A stretch of DNA of 64,000 nt, from IMG/VR virus record IMGVR_UViG_3300038673_000493, positions 26,580 through 90,579 of that record; one strand, written 5' to 3'. The stretch's first letter is position 1, and each line of letters opens with the position of its first letter. Position numbers and translations under genes: made by a program. The notes under the pieces were generated by a model. The model did not search any database, was not told the DNA's origin, and saw only the letters and a program-made list of their open reading frames with translations. Source of the stretch: a virus. Its lineage: Duplodnaviria; Caudoviricetes. Shown here in pieces: positions 49,401-57,833 of the stretch.

Positions 49401-49582
49401 AAAGCATATTTCTTGACTTTGCCTTTTATCACATAATCTTTGATTCTATCAGAAACATCCACATCCGATTTATTTTCTACAATATAAAAATCACAATTTG
49501 GAGTATTAATAATCGATTCCAAACATTGAAAAAAATGATCTGTATTTTTATACAATAGAATTATTACAGCCGTGTCATTCAT
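46418..49582 (-). CDS. four-domain GT-A (GT2-like) glycosyltransferase
   Basis: Four modules with YTDGD, HDDAS...EGDDYW, LDHDDYW and VDDG...MEDDDWY motifs. Confidence 0.9.
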   Translation of the reverse strand: MNDTAVIILLYKNTDHFFQCLESIINTPNCDFYIVENKSDVDVSDRIKDYVIKGKVKKYALFERNIANNAPKIFSIEGNVRFKDYKYVVYTDGDVVPDKDWLKECKYALDHDHNLFVIGTGLYMDNLPIKTFPEAISWIPDRVFDRGFYLEGQTGCQLMTFRSQDYQQYIKFLIDKPYKIKGIDFTDWNIHLFAKSIGKRSGRTKVNKAKHLTWDYYQDLNHPYTKERLKMVKPWSSNERCKYVIFPEKENPIVTIACVTYNHVKYIAEAIESFLIQKTNFPFEIIIHDDASNDGTIDIIKNYAEKYPDIIRLIIQEKNQYEQGMKNGFLFGYDPLARSILPIAKGKYIALCEGDDYWTDPDKLQKQVDFLEKNPDFIMCYHHCQTLCNGVFASYGYGEGSKDFDQKSLIKAPGGIATGTKMFRNIYGEKTKQDFIDFSGDFLLNSYMGTKGKCGFIQGIKPSIYRVHSGGVWSGMNVVAKKLVVKRMYRRMYELYLQRNMIEYAKLIKKYVDYKCTFAIIIPTFQRSDGKTPAYLRRALTSLLHQTHTDFKVYLIGDKYENNGEFESIAKSFPGELMYFENLSNAVEREKYANNKEALWCSGGVNATNYGIQKAISENLQYVCLLDHDDYWAPNHLAILNGIIRTNKVDWICTKTSVGNGVFFPKNINSRDRLVNFLPLPCGVIKSSVCYNVSTIPIFPRDVFEETGIAIPADADLWKRSAEYIQKNNLKSFYINEYTCIHDTEGYIRHGGGFIMSNDRIKEGVTVITCTGDRPEAFALLQKWMDNQVYKPQQWIVVDDGKVPISSNGKFIYIRREPTDKDYTHTLCLNLPLALDAVKYDKIIIMEDDDWYHPTYIDYMDKLLNEADLVGLGNLLFYYPAIQSYMEKKVVKQPAFAQTAFRKNMIPILKKICENAPKEFELCGKGLIDVFLWKDSLEYVRKEQSVKLMVDLKTASGRILSKNTIIDNPPESLIKRATKKRGAEFIDRNISVKGSRLVVNCEKYITVGMKGLSGRKGLTTHHNVENKKYKKDENSELLKSILKNDVKYYLDFFS

Positions 49583-50040
49583 ATCTGCCCCTCTTTCAAT
49601 ATTCGCTTCATCTCCCAAATTCGATAATTATTGGCAATGCATTTTCTCACAAAAAAATCATGTAAAGGTTGTAAAATAAAAAGGTAACCATCAATCATAA
49701 TATTATAATTAGGATTGTTCTTGACAAAACGATCAAAGAATTTATTCATAAATTCTTCGGGGCAATTATCATTTATGTAATGAGCATAAACACCTGCATC
49801 AAGATATTCTATATTTGTTTGAATATATTTTTCCAAAATATCTATTGTATGCCCGACAGCAAAACTAGCTGTATCTGCACTTAAATAATAAATATTATCG
49901 TTTACCAATAATTGACATAATTGAGATTTACCCACATTAGAAATGCCGGAAACAATGATGATTGTTTTTTGCCAATGCCCTACTAAATGTCTAGGACCTG
50001 GTATATCATTTTTGTATGAGTCTATAGAAGTAACGGGCAT
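49579..50040 (-). CDS. P-loop kinase-like protein
   Basis: IIIVSGISNVGKS Walker A; IMIDG. Confidence 0.65.
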   Translation of the reverse strand: MPVTSIDSYKNDIPGPRHLVGHWQKTIIIVSGISNVGKSQLCQLLVNDNIYYLSADTASFAVGHTIDILEKYIQTNIEYLDAGVYAHYINDNCPEEFMNKFFDRFVKNNPNYNIMIDGYLFILQPLHDFFVRKCIANNYRIWEMKRILKEGQI

Positions 50041-50659
50041 ATACAGAACCTCCTTGAACAGCAGAAGGATACCTTTCTAAAATATCAAATTTACCAGCAA
50101 TATATTCTTTTACTTTCAAATTATTTGGGTAATCAAGTTTCAACTTTGCTGGATCATATGGACGAGGATCATGATTGACTTCAGGAACATCATTCTTTGT
50201 ATATTCTTCCACTTCAAGCAAAAGAATACCACCTTCATTCAACAAAGAATGACATTTATCAATCAATTCTTGTTGTTGATTGACCATATAATGAAATGTC
50301 GAAATACAAAGAATGAGATCAAATTTCTTATCAAAAGAATGGGTAAAAAAATCACCGCAGATAAATTTTACTTTATCCGATTTAAAATGATGCTCATTCA
50401 ATAGATCGGCAATACCAATCCAAACATCTCCTAAATCAATTCCGAGCAAAGAGTTAGGTTTCTTTTCAAGCAGTATTCTGTATAAGAAATATCCAGCATT
50501 GCATCCAACATCTAAAATATCAGTTCCTTCTAACTGCATATCTCCTATTTTTGATAACTTATATTTTTCACCACTTCTGCTTCCACTAGGACCGCTTCCT
50601 AAAAAATCAAAAGACTGATAACCCGATTTCTCCAATATTTTACTCACTTCCATAATCAT
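50006..50659 (-). CDS. class I SAM-dependent methyltransferase
   Basis: ILDVGCNAGYF, LGID, FDLILCISTFHY. Confidence 0.88.
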   Translation of the reverse strand: MIMEVSKILEKSGYQSFDFLGSGPSGSRSGEKYKLSKIGDMQLEGTDILDVGCNAGYFLYRILLEKKPNSLLGIDLGDVWIGIADLLNEHHFKSDKVKFICGDFFTHSFDKKFDLILCISTFHYMVNQQQELIDKCHSLLNEGGILLLEVEEYTKNDVPEVNHDPRPYDPAKLKLDYPNNLKVKEYIAGKFDILERYPSAVQGGSVYARYFYRLIQK

Positions 50660-51294
50660 GCCCCTTTCGTATATATTTCAAATTTACTCAAATCAGGATA
50701 GGGTAATTCCAAATCCTCATTATGAATAGGTTTTCCTGCAAAATCATAAAACTGATTCATCAAAAGCAATCCTCTTGCCGCAAGTTCTGGCATCATATAA
50801 AAATTCCAACCAAGCATATCTAAATTATCTGTGTGATAAGAACATTCTCTTCGGCCACTAAATCTAGCTCGTTTAAGCCATAAATAAGCTTGGTAATCGT
50901 CGGTTAAGATAGCTCCTCCTTTAGATAATTTAAAATGCTTGTAAGGCCCTGTAAATGAAATACACATAAGGGAGCCGTCAATATACATGTCATAAGTAAA
51001 TCTCAAAGCAGAATCAATGGTTTTTGTGCCTTCTAATAAATAAGCTCCTTTTAAAGTAGTCCCTTCTACTGATTTGAATTTTACTTTGCCACCAGCATGA
51101 ATAATAGCACAAGGAACAGAAGGATACGTTCTGCAAGGAATTGTCACTTCTTTGCCTTTGATGTTTTCATACATCAAACAAAGAAATAAGGCATTGCTTT
51201 GATTGTCCACAGTAATCACATAAGGAGCCCTTGTGTAATCAGCAAGGGCTTTCTCAAATTCTTCGGTAACTCTATACACCGATTCAGCACACAT
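50656..51294 (-). CDS. short DegT/DnrJ/EryC1/StrS-family PLP aminotransferase
   Basis: SVPCAIIHAG, IDSA, SFTGPYKHF..GGAILTDD, LGWNFYM. Confidence 0.82.
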   Translation of the reverse strand: MCAESVYRVTEEFEKALADYTRAPYVITVDNQSNALFLCLMYENIKGKEVTIPCRTYPSVPCAIIHAGGKVKFKSVEGTTLKGAYLLEGTKTIDSALRFTYDMYIDGSLMCISFTGPYKHFKLSKGGAILTDDYQAYLWLKRARFSGRRECSYHTDNLDMLGWNFYMMPELAARGLLLMNQFYDFAGKPIHNEDLELPYPDLSKFEIYTKGA

Positions 51295-51372
51295 GATAAA
51301 AACCCTCCCTTCTACGATTCGCTATTTGGCCACATCCACACTCACAATGTTTAATGAGTTTTATTCCTTCAC

Positions 51373-51969
51373 TCATTTTATCCTCCTTGCCGGTGTGCCT
51401 ACATAAGTACCGGCTTCTGTTAGATTGCTAACCACTCCTGCATTAAGCCCAACAATGACACCATCTGCAACTGTTATCTTTTCTTTTGTGCTGGCATTTG
51501 TTCCAAAATAAACATAATCACCGATAGTATTATTGCCCATTATCTTCACATCCGGAGCAGATGTAAAATAATCACCAATAACAACATCATGACCAATAAG
51601 TGTAGCCAAATTAAAATGACAATGTTTTCCAATCTTGATATTACAAGTGAACAGACAATTAGCACAAACAATACTGCCTTCACCAATTTCAATACTCCCT
51701 TTATTTAGAAGTAATGCAAACGGATCAATGATGCTAAAATATTTGGTTTCTTTAGGCAATCGGGAAACCATACTTGCTCTTGCAAGAGGGTTCCCGATAG
51801 TGATGAACAATTCATATTCTTCAGGATCAAACTTGGATAATGGTAATGTATTTTCTTCTTCTATATAATAAGCATCATCCACAAAACAAAGCATTGCATT
51901 TCTTCGCAACGATGCTTTTACTTCACTGGCAAACCCACCATTTCCTACCAACGCTTTTTTCATTTTCAT
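51373..51969 (-). CDS. PglD/NeuD-like sugar acetyltransferase
   Basis: LVGNGGFA Rossmann start, hexapeptide repeats, IGHD, YVGTPAR. Confidence 0.88.
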   Translation of the reverse strand: MKMKKALVGNGGFASEVKASLRRNAMLCFVDDAYYIEEENTLPLSKFDPEEYELFITIGNPLARASMVSRLPKETKYFSIIDPFALLLNKGSIEIGEGSIVCANCLFTCNIKIGKHCHFNLATLIGHDVVIGDYFTSAPDVKIMGNNTIGDYVYFGTNASTKEKITVADGVIVGLNAGVVSNLTEAGTYVGTPARRIK

Positions 51970-51990
51970 GATTGCACTCCTTTTATTTTT

Positions 51991-53709
51991 TTATTTTTTG
52001 ACAATGGGTTTAGCAACTACTTTCTCCTTTACGGGCGTTTGTTCTTTCTCTGATTTACCATCTTTTACCGGTACTTCTTCTTTTATAGGTTTTCCATTCT
52101 TATCGACTTTTCCTTTTTTAGCTAATCTTTTATTTCCTGGTTCCAACTGCTCAAGACCTGAATCAACAGGGGGAGCTAATTCTGGATATTTCTTTACTTC
52201 TGTTTCTCTCAATAATCGCAATCTTCGATAATTGCCAAATCCAAGTTTCTTTGCAATTTCAATATTTGGAATACCAAGAGTATCATAAACAGAACCGTGT
52301 TTAACACCCAAGAATGCTCTTGCTCTTGCTTCAGCATCAATAACTTCAGAAACAGGAAATGATATATCAATAAGTTCTTCTGGTTTCTTTTTGACTTTCT
52401 TGAAAATAGGTTCTTGATCATCATTGTAATCAACGGCTTCTTTTACTGAAAATTCCTCAGGAAATTTTCCCATCTTCGACTTCAAAAAGAATACCGCTCT
52501 ATAGAAATCATATCTTAAAAAACGTTCAAAATAAGCAATTTCATCGGATGTTCTATCTGACATTGGACCACGAGATGCTTTAACAGAAGCAAATGTGCCT
52601 TTAGATTGCCCCGTTGCTACATCTTCTGGTTCATTCAAACCACTAGTGACCATATGTAAAATATCAGTATCACCTTCACTTATAGCAGGGAGTTTCGGAT
52701 TGTGTGCTGTCAATGTCATACCAGGGGGAAGAATCAATGTGGAACCAGGAGTTTTCTTTGCCATAATTCCTGTTTTTCTTCGTTCTTCATCTGTCAAAGA
52801 CAACCAAGTTCTGAATGCTTTAGGATCTTCCATCGTGACTACCCACAAATAAGCACCAGCTGATTTCTTATGATCGATTTCATATTTTTTCAATGTCTCA
52901 TAATGATTTAACCATTCTAAAATCGTTCTTAAATAAGAAATGTTTCTCCGAGTAATAAATGATCTGTCCCAAGCAACAATAAATCGTTTATATTTTCCTA
53001 ATCTATTGTATTTAGAACCACCTTCAGAATCTTTCAAAAGAGCTTTGTTAAAACCAGATACTTTTTCAGCTTCTTTAATCAAATCAGGATAATATGCTAT
53101 GTAAATGGAAGGCACTAACATAGCTCCTCTTTGATTTGCATTATTCTGGGAATCTGGGGGAGTTACATAATAAAACAAAGGCAAAGTTGCTTTAAAAGGA
53201 TGATAGAGAATACCATCTTCACCACCACCTGCAATATTTGAAGGGTCAATAAAATCAACTTCCACAAAAGAATCTGGGTGAACTGTCAAACAAAGAAATA
53301 ATTCTCCTTCAATGATTGCTCTACCTACATATTTTGACCAAAAAGAGTATAAACGATTTCTTGGATCTAATTCAGTCTCTTTTACCGCATCTTGAATTTC
53401 TTGATTCTCTGAAGTGACTTCAAAACCGAGTCCTGTCAATCGACCCACTTGCCCTCTAACAGCAGTTCCTACATGAGGATTTGTATTAAATTTATTCCAA
53501 CAAGTCTGCTGTAATGTCTCTCTATCTCCCAAATTTTGAATAACATTGGTCACCGGAAACCCATCTGCATCTTTCGTAATATTGTCAGCATCTGGAGTTA
53601 CTTGTCCTTCTTGCCATGGCATACTCATTTGCAAGTGCATAAGATCATCATCCGTTAATTTTGATAATGCTAAAGCGGCCCCGCTAAGATCATCTTTTTG
53701 TTTTTTCAT
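51991..53709 (-). CDS. portal protein
   Basis: About 570 aa after the terminase; GRAIIEGELF, GTFASVKASRGP; AGGAGG RBS. Confidence 0.82.
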   Translation of the reverse strand: MKKQKDDLSGAALALSKLTDDDLMHLQMSMPWQEGQVTPDADNITKDADGFPVTNVIQNLGDRETLQQTCWNKFNTNPHVGTAVRGQVGRLTGLGFEVTSENQEIQDAVKETELDPRNRLYSFWSKYVGRAIIEGELFLCLTVHPDSFVEVDFIDPSNIAGGGEDGILYHPFKATLPLFYYVTPPDSQNNANQRGAMLVPSIYIAYYPDLIKEAEKVSGFNKALLKDSEGGSKYNRLGKYKRFIVAWDRSFITRRNISYLRTILEWLNHYETLKKYEIDHKKSAGAYLWVVTMEDPKAFRTWLSLTDEERRKTGIMAKKTPGSTLILPPGMTLTAHNPKLPAISEGDTDILHMVTSGLNEPEDVATGQSKGTFASVKASRGPMSDRTSDEIAYFERFLRYDFYRAVFFLKSKMGKFPEEFSVKEAVDYNDDQEPIFKKVKKKPEELIDISFPVSEVIDAEARARAFLGVKHGSVYDTLGIPNIEIAKKLGFGNYRRLRLLRETEVKKYPELAPPVDSGLEQLEPGNKRLAKKGKVDKNGKPIKEEVPVKDGKSEKEQTPVKEKVVAKPIVKK

Positions 53710-54206
53710 AAACACATCCTCCTACTTTTCTTAGGAAAATTCAATCTAGCAAATTCTCCAAATAATTCTTCAGCTTTTTTATCCCAACATCTTGCCGCTT
53801 CCTCTTCACAAACAAAATAACCTAAATAATAAACCTTACTTTTGTATTGAATTTGAACTCTCCAATTTCTTTTACCATTCCATAATACTCCTCTATATTT
53901 AGAAGTTTTTTTATTTGTTTGTTGGATTTTTTGATTTAATACATTTTGCAATCTGGTACAATTTCTTAGATTGTGTTTTTGATTATTAAGACCATCTCCA
54001 TCTATATGATCTACTTCTAATTCTTTTGGAGCATTCATAATTAAACGGTGCATACGAATACCAGGATGTGTAATAGCATAAAAAGTACCTTCATTACCAT
54101 CTTTTCTTTTTTTCGTTACTGCACACCACTTATATTGATTAAGATATTCAAAATCTTCATCATCAACTAAAGCAAATTTACCTTGAGTTAAAGGAATTTG
54201 TTTCAT
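53706..54206 (-). mobile_element. free-standing HNH-AP2 homing endonuclease
   Basis: MHRLIM, VDHIDGDGLNNQKHNLR, C-terminal AP2 (SKYRGV...YLGYF...AA..WD). Confidence 0.9.
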
Positions 54207-54259
54207 GTAATAAGCCCTTTTAATGCAGAAACAGCATCTTTCATGGTATTTTTGCTCAT
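54203..54259 (-). CDS. 18-aa mini-ORF coupled to the HNH gene
   Basis: AAGGAG RBS; MSKNTMKDAVSALKGLIT*; stop overlaps the HNH ATG. Confidence 0.5.
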   Translation of the reverse strand: MSKNTMKDAVSALKGLIT

Positions 54260-54334
54260 ATTTACTCCTTTTTTGAACAAAATTTACTAATTTTAGGGAG
54301 ATATTACAGGAAAAATGGGCAAAAGTAAAGAAAA

Positions 54335-56320
54335 TTATGTGTAACTGGCTAGATTTTTCTCTAAAATCATGGTTCCAAAGTAAGATTTCTTATGTCTTTC
54401 TTTAAAATCCGTAACATTTAGCTCTCTTCCACCATAAATACACCATGCAACCGCAAACATACTATCATCTTGAATACCATGTTTTTCAGTTTTTTCAGGA
54501 GAACCAAACCATCTTTTATCAGAATCATGGAAAAAGACACTAGCCTCTTCTCTAAACAAATCAAGTTCTTTAGTTCCAGCAACTCCTAAAGGGGGACACT
54601 TGAAACGACCATCAGAAGCTAAAATATACAATTCGCTGAATGCTCCACGTTGTTTTTCATACACAGGAAAAACTGTTTCAAAGGGAATATCATTTTCTTC
54701 ACACCAAGGAACTAAATCCCAGATACCCCACCGCTCTCCACATAGCTTATCAATGCCACCAAACTCTCTATGACATTCAAGAATGATTTCTTTTAATGTT
54801 TCCAAACTATGATCTTCCACATTAACAAAATCTAACATGAAATAAATATAGTTCGGAACAGTATTCCCTTCAGAAAGCATAAATGGACGAGAAGCACTTC
54901 CAGGCAATCCTTTTGCAATGCAGGTGAAGATTGTTCTGGCACCACGATTTGTTGCTTTTAAAGGATCTGCTCTATCGATGGCTCCTAGAACAGCCCAATT
55001 TGTATCAAACAGTTTCCCGAGCTTTTCAAGAGTCTCTAAATTAGTTCTTTTAGGTAATCCATTAGAATCTCGCAAAGAATAATAATTTTCCAAAGGCATT
55101 AATCTATCATTAATATCCCTAATTGTTGCTCTGTCTTTCTCAAGCAACGAATCCATGACACCAAATTTTACAAAGGATTTTATTCCTTCTTCAGCTTTCA
55201 TCTTGATTTCCAAAGCATCCATCAACACACTATTATTTCCTAAAGCTCTGTCAATTCCGATATAACTCATTGCTTCGAGCATTTCTGAAGTAAAAATCCT
55301 TTGAGATGAAGAACTCCACACATTCAAGAAGTATCGTTCAAAATCACCTAATGGAAATTTAGCACGATAATCATTTAATTGTGCTTGAGACATGTTGGGA
55401 TTCCAATAATCTTCGGCATTCCCTTCTTTGCTGAATCGATAATCAAAATAAATCGTTTTGCTTGTTCTGTCCATATAACTTTCAAACAGCTTATAAAGAA
55501 TATGAGACTTTGCAGAAACGGTGGAGTCAATAACGCCTATAGCATTCGGAATATTACGAATAGAACCATCAAGCTGAACAAAGAATTTCGGATTCTTCAT
55601 GTCAAAGATTTCTGAAAACGTATATCCGGTAATATTTGAAACAATACCACTAAATGATGAAATTGCACGAATGACAGAAACATCGTTTCCTCTGTCATCG
55701 GTGATTCTGATCTTCTTTTCCAATATATTTTTCTTGCCAACAGATGCTAAAAGATTCGGGCTGTTCAGAATAATATCCCGCATAATATCAAAATGAACAA
55801 AAGTTACTTGGTCTTTAGAATTAGCGCCAAGAACGATTTGCTGGCGAGACCAGTTAAAGAATTTCCACAATTGAATCAAGCAGACAAACAAAGACTTGCC
55901 TTCACCACGCGGCCAACACAAAACAACCAACCGATAAAGAAATTTGCCATCAACCATTCTTAATCCGTTTCTAGCAACTTCTTTTTGTTGTTCCCACAGA
56001 TATTTATAAGATCGTCCTGTTTCTGGATTAATTGTGTCAGGCAATTCTCCGATAGAACACCAAACAGCCATCGTAGAACCGAAAGGATAAATCGGAATAA
56101 AGACATTATCCTCGCACCATTTGATAAATCCCTCAGGTCCATCTGTATAAGATTCAGGTTCATAGATTTGATAAGGCGGCAATGAATCAGGATCCACTGC
56201 TTGAACAAGATTTTCTTTGAATAAGTCTTGGATTGTTTTCTTTTCTTCGGCTTTCTGTTTCGCTTTCAACTTTCGTTTCAGGATTTGCTTGGCTTTCTTG
56301 ATGATCGGTTTCGGTTTCAT
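54335..56320 (-). CDS. terL: terminase large subunit
   Basis: WPRGEGKS Walker A, FSEIFD Walker B, AIDRAD and QDDSMFA nuclease acids. Confidence 0.88.
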   Translation of the reverse strand: MKPKPIIKKAKQILKRKLKAKQKAEEKKTIQDLFKENLVQAVDPDSLPPYQIYEPESYTDGPEGFIKWCEDNVFIPIYPFGSTMAVWCSIGELPDTINPETGRSYKYLWEQQKEVARNGLRMVDGKFLYRLVVLCWPRGEGKSLFVCLIQLWKFFNWSRQQIVLGANSKDQVTFVHFDIMRDIILNSPNLLASVGKKNILEKKIRITDDRGNDVSVIRAISSFSGIVSNITGYTFSEIFDMKNPKFFVQLDGSIRNIPNAIGVIDSTVSAKSHILYKLFESYMDRTSKTIYFDYRFSKEGNAEDYWNPNMSQAQLNDYRAKFPLGDFERYFLNVWSSSSQRIFTSEMLEAMSYIGIDRALGNNSVLMDALEIKMKAEEGIKSFVKFGVMDSLLEKDRATIRDINDRLMPLENYYSLRDSNGLPKRTNLETLEKLGKLFDTNWAVLGAIDRADPLKATNRGARTIFTCIAKGLPGSASRPFMLSEGNTVPNYIYFMLDFVNVEDHSLETLKEIILECHREFGGIDKLCGERWGIWDLVPWCEENDIPFETVFPVYEKQRGAFSELYILASDGRFKCPPLGVAGTKELDLFREEASVFFHDSDKRWFGSPEKTEKHGIQDDSMFAVAWCIYGGRELNVTDFKERHKKSYFGTMILEKNLASYT

Positions 56321-56877
56321 CGAATCACTCCTTTACGGGATGTTCCCTCGGAACTAATCCGTTTGTAAAATTCAGGATCTCCTTTCTCAAAATCAGGAGC
56401 ATTTCCATTACCACTTTTCTTTTTTCCAGATAATTTCAGTTTTTCCCCAAATTCAAAGGATATTTCCAAGTTCTTCCACATCGAACCAATGGCTTTCATC
56501 GTTTCCCGTATCTCCCGATAAACAGGATGAATCCCAATATTCCCTTTTTCTGAAAAAACAATCGGAGTCCCCAAAGACAATTCTATGATCTGCAATCGAA
56601 TCAGATGAACATACAAAGGAACGATTTCCATTCCAATCTTAAAAAGCATCGTTTCATCTAAATAAGAATAAGTGTTCAAAATGGTATTGTACAATGTCTG
56701 GATATATTCCACTTGAACAGAACATTTTCCGTGGTGAACATACTTGCATTGATCAACAACAGGACATTCAAGATTCGTACATTCGCGGATTCCATCCCAA
56801 GCATACAAAGAAACTCCTTTTCGGACAATTCCCTTGTCTAATTCTAAATTCCCTATTTTTGTCTCGTCCAAGTTCAT
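56317..56877 (-). CDS. terminase small subunit candidate
   Basis: Immediately upstream of and coupled to terL; helical. Confidence 0.6.
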   Translation of the reverse strand: MNLDETKIGNLELDKGIVRKGVSLYAWDGIRECTNLECPVVDQCKYVHHGKCSVQVEYIQTLYNTILNTYSYLDETMLFKIGMEIVPLYVHLIRLQIIELSLGTPIVFSEKGNIGIHPVYREIRETMKAIGSMWKNLEISFEFGEKLKLSGKKKSGNGNAPDFEKGDPEFYKRISSEGTSRKGVIR

Positions 56878-57126
56878 AAAAGCTCCTTATCAACAAATTG
56901 AATTTCCCGTATTATATAACAGAAGCACTAGAAAGAGTCAAGTAACACAAAGAAAAAGCGGAGTCCAGCAAATGCCAGAGAAAAACGATATGTCTAAACG
57001 ATCAAACAAAGCTTGTTAATAATAATGTATCATTCTTTTAACAGAATTCAGCAAATGAACATTGTTTAAAATATCGATAACAAGTCAATTCTGACGGTTT
57101 GTCTAAACAGTAAGGGTAAACGAATA

Positions 57127-57225
57127 AGTAGAATTGGTTCTTCAGGTTTTCAAAAAATTGGGAAAAAATTTATGGGAGTAGAATAGGTTCTGTAGGTTTT
57201 CAAAAATTGGGAAAAAATTTATGGT
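57127..57225. repeat. two tandem ~50-bp direct repeats
   Basis: AGTAGAAT.GGTTCT..AGGTTTTCAAAAA(A)TTGGGAAAAAATTTATGG at 57127 and 57177. Confidence 0.9.
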
Positions 57226-57247
57226 GAGGACCCTGCCGACTGCATAT

Positions 57248-57283
57248 AAAAAATACGTCAAGATAGAACTTGACGTACTTTTT
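57248..57283. terminator. intrinsic terminator of the GG/CC-free gene
   Basis: TACGTCAAG/CTTGACGTA stem, 6-nt loop, A6 on the left and T-run on the right. Confidence 0.8.
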
Positions 57284-57291
57284 ATTTGTGT

Positions 57292-57621
57292 TTACTGATT
57301 CAAGAGCATATTGCGTGATATAACTCTTGATTTCTCGTCATGATTAATATGACGTTTAATTCGCTTGTATGCACTAGTTACATCATTGCATAGCTTCATT
57401 GCAACAAGCTTATCAGCTATATCATTGACTTTGTACTTTAAGCGTATACATGCATCGATGCAGCTTGCTTGTGTATGTACATTGTTGAATACTGATTCAT
57501 TGAGCTTTGTCAATTTTACATTGTCTTTACAGTCTGTAATGATGCGTTTACGAATTACGTTTACATTGATGCGTTTCACTTCAATCTTCGCTTCTTTTTT
57601 GTTTTCGTTGTTAGTAGTCAT
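57292..57621 (-). CDS. basic helical (HTH-like) early protein lacking Gly, Pro and Trp
   Basis: 109 aa with its own promoter and terminator; similar to the C-terminal domain of 61258..61890. Confidence 0.75.
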   Translation of the reverse strand: MTTNNENKKEAKIEVKRINVNVIRKRIITDCKDNVKLTKLNESVFNNVHTQASCIDACIRLKYKVNDIADKLVAMKLCNDVTSAYKRIKRHINHDEKSRVISRNMLLNQ

Positions 57622-57696
57622 TGTTTTTCTCTTTTCTCTTTTTATAGTCTTTAGTGACTTGCTTAATTGTTAGTTAGTTAGTTTACTTAATTAACG

Positions 57697-57732
57697 ATGC
57701 AAGCTTAACTAAAAGAACAAAGAAGCTTGCAT
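57697..57732 (-). other. inverted repeat in the 5' UTR
   Basis: ATGCAAGCTT - 16 nt - AAGCTTGCAT. Confidence 0.6.
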
Positions 57733-57804
57733 ATACGCTTAACAGAATCATTGTTTTTGTCATTATCTTTGTTTCACTTTCATTTTTATTTTAACTTCGA
57801 TTAA

Positions 57805-57833
57805 AATCTAGCAAATCTTTTATACTTTGTCAA
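57805..57833 (-). promoter_or_regulatory. strong sigma70 promoter (leftward)
   Basis: TTGACA-17 nt-TAGATT with TGn extension and an upstream A-tract UP-like element. Confidence 0.85.

Noticed and set aside
56911-56941. TTGACT...TATAAT promoter upstream of terS
   Set aside because: 19-nt spacer is suboptimal; not confident enough to call
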